Part shown: positions 55,323-64,000 of the stretch, in pieces
Numbering within the stretch: the first letter of the stretch is position 1
Layout: every line of letters starts with the position of its first letter
Assembly: GCA_021613535.1 (NCBI GenBank)
Contig: CP075495.1
Span: 12,028,001 to 12,092,000 of the forward strand
Direction: 5' to 3'
DNA from: Adineta vaga
Taxonomy: Eukaryota > Animalia > Rotifera
Length of the DNA stretch: 64,000 nucleotides
The notes under the pieces: model-generated
Database searches by the model: none
What the model saw: the letters and a program-made list of their open reading frames with translations, nothing else
What the model was told of the DNA's origin: nothing
Program-made: the position numbers and the translations under genes

Positions 55323-56263
55323 AATGTTATTTTGAAAAAAGCAACACTTAAGAGTGAATATTTCTTTGCTTGTTTCGTTCTTTCTCTTCGTTTAAACAAA
55401 TAAAATAGGTCATGATTCATTTTAACTGCACGCCTTTTGCCATTGATGTTTAAATCACCAATCAGAATAGAGAAAGAATTTTTTATCATTTTTATTCTCA
55501 ATTTAAATTAAATAACACATACAATGTGAAAAGAACAAAATTTAGTTTAATTTTATCCATATCGTAGAAACATTCAACAATAACAATAGGATTCTTCTAG
55601 TTTTATCGCAAAAATCAGAATATGGTTCTTCTCATATCAAAGGAACAAAATCATCATCCAATTTTAGTTTGTATCTTCTTGATAAAACCGATATTGAATC
55701 TCGGTTCAAGAGTAACAATTCTTATAATTAGAAATAGTTCATAATTTAACTGCTTGTCAAACTATATTTATTCTGATTGAGATAAAAATAGACTTTTCCT
55801 TTTGCAAAAGAATCCACTCACACACGTCGAAATTTGTGTTTTATTTTTGCATAAACAAGAAAAGATATGTGCCACTGATATTTAGTCAGGCGACTAAGTC
55901 ACGTGAAGAACAATGTTTTACTAATACTACTTGTTTTTTCAAGTATTCACACATTCCATATAGATAGATATATGATCGATTATAATCTATGTTTCAATCA
56001 CACATTTATATGTATATATATATATATAATTCTTGTTCAACTATATATACTTTCAATCGTTTGTTTGTCATGCTGTACTCTATCAGAGTCTATCTCAAGA
56101 GAAAGAATGAATATGGAGGCGATAGCAAAAAAATGTTCTCTAAAATGCCATATATACATGATAATCACATTTTTTCATTCTACTTTTATTTAATATCGAA
56201 TCACAGTGGGTGAATTCGACGTCATATAATTGTTTTTTATAAACAAATTTGAACTCTTTTGCA

Positions 56264-57343
56264 ATGCATAGTTTAATAGTCTCAATAGTACTTTTACTAT
56301 CTTTCTCTATAACTATCGACGTTGATGCAATTGATGACAAACAAAGCTTTTATCCACCATTTTGGCATTTTGTTCCTTCATCTTTAAATGAATTTCCATT
56401 AGTAAATAATTCATTAGCTCCATATCGATTAATTGATCCATGGTTTTATCCTCATAGACTTGGTTTATATAAGATTTTGATCAATGTAACTACATCTTAC
56501 ATGCCGTTTAGTTCATCATCCAATGCATCAAATATTCTCTTTGCATTACCCTCTCAATTGGGTTGGCAATTTAGTTCAAATCGTCTATTTACTAATGGTA
56601 CAATGTATATATCAACGAAAAGTTGGTGGGCATCTGCTAATTATTATCTATCTGTAATACCATTTCTAATTGCAGTGGATATTGGTTTGATAAAAACCGA
56701 ATCATTTCGAATAGTTCAACAAGAAAACTTTTGTACAGACTCTCAACAATGTTTGAAACAAATTCCAAATGCAATGATACAATGGTCTTTATTTTTCTTT
56801 CATCTGCAAAAATCAGCATCATGTTTTGCTAAGGAGAAACTTACGCCACGTCGTATTGATAAATGTTATTTAGGACAAATGTGGTCAGCATATAAAAGTT
56901 CTATTTATGATGGTTTACCATTAGTTCAATCGAAATTAGATTATTTACCATCCAAAGAAGAGAAATTATTTGGTCTTGGTTGGGCAAGATTACTTAATTT
57001 GATTTCTATGACAAGAAAAAATACAAATTTATATGAAACAATTAAAAATCAACGAAAATTTTTACCATTTCGAATGTTACAAGTATCAGATCGATCGACG
57101 AATTCAACCGATTTATCCGATTCCGTAAATAATTCACTGAAAGTTCTCTTTTCATTTCGTTATGATCGATTAACTGTTATTGAACATTTTTGGCAAAAAC
57201 TAACATGCAATTATGAAGGAAGAATCTATGCTCAACAAATATTGGAAGCAATGGCTCTATCGAAATTACTTGCTTTTCATTATTTAGTAAAAGCAACTGT
57301 AAATACATTGGTTTATAATTGTGATTCTTTATCTGATGTTTAA
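56264..57343 (+). CDS. LEG1: LEG1 (DUF781) family secreted protein, intronless
   Basis: Signal peptide; YPPFW, IDPWFYPHRLGLYKILI, NILFALPSQLGWQFSSNRL, SWWASANYYLSVIPFL. Confidence 0.88.
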   Translation: MHSLIVSIVLLLSFSITIDVDAIDDKQSFYPPFWHFVPSSLNEFPLVNNSLAPYRLIDPWFYPHRLGLYKILINVTTSYMPFSSSSNASNILFALPSQLGWQFSSNRLFTNGTMYISTKSWWASANYYLSVIPFLIAVDIGLIKTESFRIVQQENFCTDSQQCLKQIPNAMIQWSLFFFHLQKSASCFAKEKLTPRRIDKCYLGQMWSAYKSSIYDGLPLVQSKLDYLPSKEEKLFGLGWARLLNLISMTRKNTNLYETIKNQRKFLPFRMLQVSDRSTNSTDLSDSVNNSLKVLFSFRYDRLTVIEHFWQKLTCNYEGRIYAQQILEAMALSKLLAFHYLVKATVNTLVYNCDSLSDV

Positions 57344-57710
57344 CAAAAATTGAGTTGATACATCTTGAATATAATTTACATTAATGATTTTGAAAACAAA
57401 ACAACAACAACAACAACAACTGTATTTTACTTATTCTTACTGTTCGATAGATTTTAACTATATTTTTGTTTTGTAATCAGAAAAGAAATATTAGACAGAA
57501 GTTTTATTCTAATATCGATTTAGTTTGCTTTGGATGATATTGTAACATGAAAATAGATTTCTAGTTTGTGAATAGTGAACATTTATTTATTGCTTTTGTA
57601 TATGTATGCGAAAAGAGTTTCAGTTATTGCATAAATATCTATAAAAGGAATGATTAGAAAATAAAGCGAAAAAAAATAGATTATTTTTTCATCTGAATAG
57701 AGTTTTCGTT

Positions 57711-59069
57711 TTAATCTTCAAAGGTATTATTCTTTCTTCGATGTTGATTTTGTTGTTGTTGATGTTGTTTTTTATCATTTGGATTATGTATTAATGCTTC
57801 ACGTATGTATAATTTCTGGTCTGAATTTAATTTTTGTGGATATTCAACATCAAATTCAATGATTAAATCTCCGTATTTATCGGGATTACTCATCAATGGC
57901 ATACCTTGACTTGGTATGCGTTTTTTATAGCCAGGTCTAAAATAAAAATAAGAATTAAGTTAGTCAAAAGAAATCATTTCATTTTTCTAACCGAACAATT
58001 TCATTGATTGGAATATCTAATAATCTTCCATCAAGATGTTCAATATGTAATGTAATTCCAGTTAATGCATGTCCTAAATTAATCTTAGCTGTATGAATAA
58101 GATCGGCATTTTCTCGACGAAAATTTGGATGTGGTTTATCTTTAACTGTAAATACAATATCGGATGGTATATTATTTGGACCTTGATCACCTTCGCCTTC
58201 ATATGTTACTTTTATGCCAGGTAACCAACCACGTTTGACAGTAATCGAAAGAATTTTTTCTCGAATACTCGATGTTATACAATCTTCATTTAAAACCTAG
58301 TATAAAAAATACATGTATTAATCGAGATGGCTTTGTTTCTTTCGTTTTGTCTTTACTCGTCGACTTATTTTGATTTTTTTTATTGCACCATGATAACAAT
58401 CTTCAAGTGAAAGTAAGAGATCACGAACAATTGGCGGATCTTTTTTCTTTCGACCACGACCATCTACACAACCAAAACCTAAACTACGATCTTGTGCAGC
58501 ACTGATATAAAAATCTAAATAAATAAATAAATGCAATTATTGTATTTCACTTTCTTATCTTTAATTTTACCTGCAAAAGGATTGTCTCCACCAAAAAATT
58601 CTCGAAATACTTTATCAGCATCACCATGAAATACATATTCTTCTGACCATTCATTTTCTACACCTTAAAATAGATATACTCATTTCGAATTTATTAGAAT
58701 ATAACAAAATGAAATAAAAACCTGTTGGTACACCACATCGTAGACCTTCTTCACCAAATTGATCATAAATTGCTCGTCTTTTATCTTAATTCAGAATAAA
58801 ATAAATATCTATTGAAGTAATCAATAAACAAAGATAACATACGATCACTTAATATATCATATGCTTCAGCAAGATCATTAAATTTTGAAGATACATTTAG
58901 ATCATTAGGATTTTTTAATGGATGATATTTCAATGCTAATCGTCGGTAACTAAAGAAAATGTATGTGAACAAATTCGAAAACGTCCGTTATGAGATCTTA
59001 CGCTGCTTTTATATCTTTATCCTTTGCACTTCGAGTTAATTGAAGAATTTGATATGGATCTTTCGACAT
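57711..59069 (-). CDS. DNAJB13: DnaJ homolog subfamily B member 13 (axonemal radial spoke HSP40)
   Basis: J domain with HPL in place of HPD; YDQFGEEGL; [12 protein letters not shown]; [23 protein letters not shown]; [12 protein letters not shown]. Confidence 0.9.
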
Positions 59070-59614
59070 TTCTAATCAATATACTTCTTGCAATTGCAAA
59101 ATGAATAACTCTTTTGAAAACAAATGCGCTCTATCTCGTTGCTAGAAAAGAGGAATGTTACTCTTGCCATCAATATCTTCTCTCACATAGCAACGACTTC
59201 ATTGTTATACAGCAAACAAGCGACATCCACAAGGATGTTATATTACATTCACATACTCAATATAAATATAGAAACAAAAGAATTCGACAAGTAAAATGAG
59301 ATTTTATTTATCGACAGGAATTTGATATATTTACAGACTCATTTTAATTGCTTAATGTATTTTTAAAATTATCACAAGTTTTCTTCTTCAAAAAAGAAAA
59401 ATCAAGATATTTTTAATTGTATATTATTAACGAAAGTACTGAAATCGTTCGACATAACAGTATAAGGTTGAAACTTGTTGAATATGTTACTGTAATCAAT
59501 GAAATATCAACGATGGATGAAATTATTATTTTCATTTCGGTTGACCGAAAATAACAAAAATATAATTAGAAAGATATGATCTCTGACTCTCTAGTCTTTT
59601 TGGCATTTCTTTTT

Positions 59615-59645
<31 letters not shown>

Positions 59646-60646
59646 TTCTCCTACTCATTGTTTGTTTTGTTTCGTATGGCCAAAAACAGATCATATCTGT
59701 ATATAGAAGAAAAAAGAACTTCGTTATCAGAACAACATAACCCCATCATCTAATATCGATTATTAAGTAAGTGCGATTAAGAATAATGAATTGAATTTTT
59801 AGTTATTAGTCAACTAAAATCCTGTTTCTTTTCTTTTTTTTTGATAATTATATAGGCATCATAAATCCAAGTCAAGGAATTGTTCTCGAGAGAAATGAGA
59901 AAAGACATTGAGTACTTTATAACTTTACATACATTGTTAGAAAAAGAAATTCATCATCCTTTTACATCACACATCCGATCATTAATCATATTAAAAGAAA
60001 AACGTCATTATTATCACCGGAAACTATTTTTTCTTCTTTCTTTAGAGAGAAAAATCATCTTTCGTTTTCCATCGAACAAGACGCTTAATATATTTTCTAT
60101 TCTTTTGCATACATCTAGTGACATCTATCTTATTTTCTCTCGTGTATATACGATTCTAACAAGAAAGATGATAATAAAACGATCAATTTATTAAAGGAAA
60201 TATTGATAAAAAATAAAATGAGTATTTCTATTCGTTTGACATATCATGTCGAAAGATCAGTTACAAAACAGAGACTTTTTACATAGTTAATGGCGCTTAA
60301 CAACGGCTGCTGATTCGTTCTTTTTCCATCTCTTTCTTTTCTTTCCCTACAACAGAACTGTAGAAATCTATTTGAAATAATTTCATTATTTTAAAATGTT
60401 TTTTTTTTCTTTTTTCTTCTTTTCGTTTAGGTAGATATTGTTTTGTTTCCATATTTGATTCGATCGAGTTAATTATCGAAAATATTTTTTTCCTTACATT
60501 CTAGTCTTCCTCAATCTATTCTTTTCTTGTGTGTATGATTTTCTTAATTAATCGATTATTTATCGAATAAAACAATAACAAACTCAAAAAGCCAATAAAA
60601 AAAAGAAGAAGAAGAAGAGAATCATTTTATTCGAAATAAAAAACCA

Positions 60647-63600
60647 ATGATCGATGGCAATGTTGGAGGGGGTGGTAACGAGACCGATATTATCGGTAGC
60701 GCATCCGAAATTATTAAAGATCGTCTTTATTTCGCCACATTACGTATACGACCTAAATCAACTGTAAACACACATTTTTTTTCTGTCGATGATGAATTTA
60801 TTTATGAAAAGTAAGATTGAAAAAAAAGGAAATAATTCAATTTCAATTATTTATGATTTTTTTTTCTCTTAGTTTTTATGCTGATTTTGGTCCATTGAAT
60901 TTAGCAGTTGTTCATCGATATTGTACAAAATTGAATAAGAAATTAAATGTATAAAAACAAGCAATTAACTGAACGTCTCATTGATAATCTTTCTTTTCTT
61001 GTTCGTATTATTTTAGAATCCTACATTAGGACATAAGAGACTTATTCATCATACAACATTTGATCCAAAGAAACGAGCAAATGCAGCATTTCTTATTGCT
61101 GCTTATTCAGTAAGAAAGAAGTCATTTCTGTTTCCAATCAAGTATTTTTTTTATACATTATTTGTAGGTTATCTATTTGAAACGAACACCTGAAGATGCA
61201 TACAAACCATTAGTGAGTGGTATTAATGCTGTTCATCCATTTTTACCTTTCCGAGATGCATCACTTGGCTCATCATCATATAATCTTACATTACTTGACA
61301 CATTACAAGGACTCTATAAGGTTAAAATCTATTCCATGGATGTTTTATTGTTAATAGTAGAGATGTATCATTTTAGGCAATGCTTCACGGATTTTTTGAT
61401 TTCGAAAATTTCGATTTAGAAGAATATGAACATTATGAAGTAAGTTTTAAATTGAAATATCAAAACAAAAAAAAAGAAAAGTTTCATGTGTCATTTTTAG
61501 AAAGTAGAAAATGGAGATTTAAATTGGATTGTACCTCGTAAATTATTAGCCTTTTCCGGTCCACATGCAAAAAGTAAAATAGAGAATGTATGTTCATATC
61601 TTTAATGTTTTGATATTCTTTTGAATCATCTAATCTTATTTTATTCTTCTTAATTAAAAGGGTTATCCATTACATGCACCTGAAGCATATTTTACTTATT
61701 TTCGTAAACGTAATGTGACTACAATTGTACGTTTAAATAAGAAAATTTATGATGCAAAACGATTTATTGATGCTGGTTTTGATCATTATGAACTATTTTT
61801 TAATGATGGTAGTACACCGAGTGATGCGATTACATTGAAATTTTTGAGTATTGTTGAACAAGCAAAAGGAGCTGTTGCTGTTCATTGTAAAGGTAATGAA
61901 GAGAAAAATAGATTGAATAATTAAAATAATACGTATATTTGCTTTTATCCAATCATTTATAGCTGGTCTTGGTCGAACGGGTACTTTGATCGGTGCATAT
62001 CTAATGAAACATTACAAATTTACAGCAGCTGAAATTATTGCTTGGTTAAGGATATGTCGACCGGGATCGGTTATTGGACCTCAACAAAATTATCTCGAAG
62101 AGTAAAGATTCTCGTTTAGTCATTCATTCATAATGGAAAATGATTGTTTCTAGAAAACAAGCGTGGCTATGGTCATTAGGTGATATGTATCGAATTAAAG
62201 ATCGTCCACGATATATGTCAACTTACGGTATCAATTCTACTATGGATACGACTGGACATAATCTACTTCGATACTCAATAGGAGACTCTAATAATAATAA
62301 TGATGTACGTATTTTATCTATCAAAAGGAATGATTTTTTACTCATAAATGTATATATAGGTCATTTTCAAAGAAGAAAATGATAATGAGATAACACAAGG
62401 TGATCGATTGAATGAAATAAAAGCGCGTCGTATGCAGCAACACCATTCCACAGGACCATCTCATTGGGCTTCTCCAAACGTTAATGTGACGTCGAGTTTA
62501 ACGTAAGATTATTTATTTCTTTTCTTCTCTTTTTCTTGTTTTGATGAAAAGCCTTTCAAATCTAAACTAGTGCGAAAAAGAAGCTTTTGCATGTTTAACA
62601 AAAAATAACTAATCATTTAGATGTAAATATTGTAATAAAACTTATCAGTCATCAGCAACATTGATCAAACATATGAAAAATCAACATACAAATCAATTCT
62701 CCGTTACATGTAATCAATGTATCAACAGATCATTTTCAACAAAAAAAGCTTTACAAATACATCAAAATCGTATGCATAAGAACAATAATGCTATCGCCGA
62801 TGGTGGTGGTACCGCTAGGTACTTGAGATTAGTTTCTAATCGCATGGGTGAATTGTTCATGTTGAAAAATCATGATCATAGGAAAATAGTTGTAATTAAC
62901 TAATCAACAAATTGTTTGGGAAAATTTGGTTTTTACTTTTTATTTGTTGCTCGCTATTCATTTTTATTGCTCGAAAGCTGCTCGTTGAGTGATAGGGAAT
63001 GGGTGTTGTTTGGTGTAAGAGAAATATTTTTTTCTAGTCTGTTCACAAGACCTTTATCGCCAGCAGCAATCACGGATGATGAACATGTAGCACCACTTCG
63101 ACTATACAAGAACCGTGCAGTTACGGCTCCTATCAATATTCATGAAACACATCGATCGACTCTATTTGCTACACTTCATTCACAAAGGTGTTTTCATGAA
63201 AGAAGATTTCAGATTGCCTTTGTCATATATATATCAACTGTCCTTTCGCTTTTATATTTTCAGTTGTTTCATTAGGCATCCTCTTTTTGCCTGTTTGACC
63301 GTGTGTATAAAAACCGTTCCTTTTATGCATGATTTAGTACCTTTTTGGTGATAAAAAATAACAGGCCAACGCTAAATGTTTTCCATTGTTTTATTGATTT
63401 TATATTAAAAATTTGATTTTCTTCATACAGCTTTGATCCATCGTCGACATACAAACGTGCTCAAACAGCATTGATATCAACTGGTAGTGTTCCAATTCAT
63501 AATGTTTCATCATCGATGAGTCCATCGGCTAATCTACGTCGTAGCTATGCACCGGTATCAAATACACCTTCGAACACACTATTGAATTCTAATACACGAA

Positions 63601-64000
63601 AACCTCGTTCTTATATATCTCCATCAGCATCAACAACAAAAACGTAAGATTCTATATAGAGAAATGACATTCTTAGGATCAAACACTTTTATTTAGCAGA
63701 AAAGTATTATTAATGAGGCAGAATAAATAGAATGTTTAAAACATTTTAGTAAAAGATACGTTTATATACGTGATAAAAAAGAAAGTCTAATTGAAAAAAG
63801 AGAAAGATAAATAGATCTTTTCATTATTTATTGACGTTAAAATTTCTCTCAAAATATTCAAAAGACATCTATTAACATAAATAAATCTGTTCTTTTTTTC
63901 TTTGTTCTATAATTGAATTCATTGTATATTCTAGGCCAATGTATTCCAGTGGACGTTATATGACTTCAACATTGAATGATAATATGGGCACAACATTGAC
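60647..64000 (+). CDS. CDC14: Dual-specificity phosphatase CDC14 (runs past the window end)
   Basis: [37 protein letters not shown], catalytic HCKA|GLGRTG-type loop (intron splits it at 61892/61962), [16 protein letters not shown]. Confidence 0.96.

Noticed and set aside
58900-58950. J-domain HPD replaced by HPL
   Set aside because: This is the normal state of DNAJB13 orthologs, so it is not novel.

Overview
AT-rich, gene-dense eukaryotic (animal) genomic DNA with many short (about 50-60 nt) GT-AG introns. This style and the intronless orphan GPCR expansion suggest a bdelloid rotifer (inference). About 30 protein-coding genes can be reconstructed by manual splicing: an NCKX exchanger; a tightly packed minus-strand run of Dishevelled, ARMC7, YAE1, an LRR-Ig-TM receptor, RMI1, NAA60, MOCS2A and MOCS2B; seven related intronless GPCRs (one frameshifted); a C-type lectin-EGF-STRA6-like multidomain gene; RAD51; a cyclophilin; a Cys-loop channel subunit; a neuronal calcium sensor; CEPT1; atypical PKC; a RAD51AP1-like gene; VPS37; LEG1; DNAJB13; and CDC14 (3' truncated). 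There is also one pogo/Tigger-type non-autonomous transposon. Main points of interest: (1) an operon-like 8-gene cluster with intergenic gaps as short as 10, 25 and 58 nt and 3' splice acceptors just before most start codons, suggesting SL trans-spliced polycistronic transcription plus a stop-restart MOCS2A/B bicistron; (2) a lectin-EGF ectodomain fused in frame to a STRA6-type membrane protein; (3) a frame-preserving two-C2H2-zinc-finger exon inside CDC14; (4) an invertebrate RAD51AP1-like gene. All exon joins and family calls were made by eye, without database searches.
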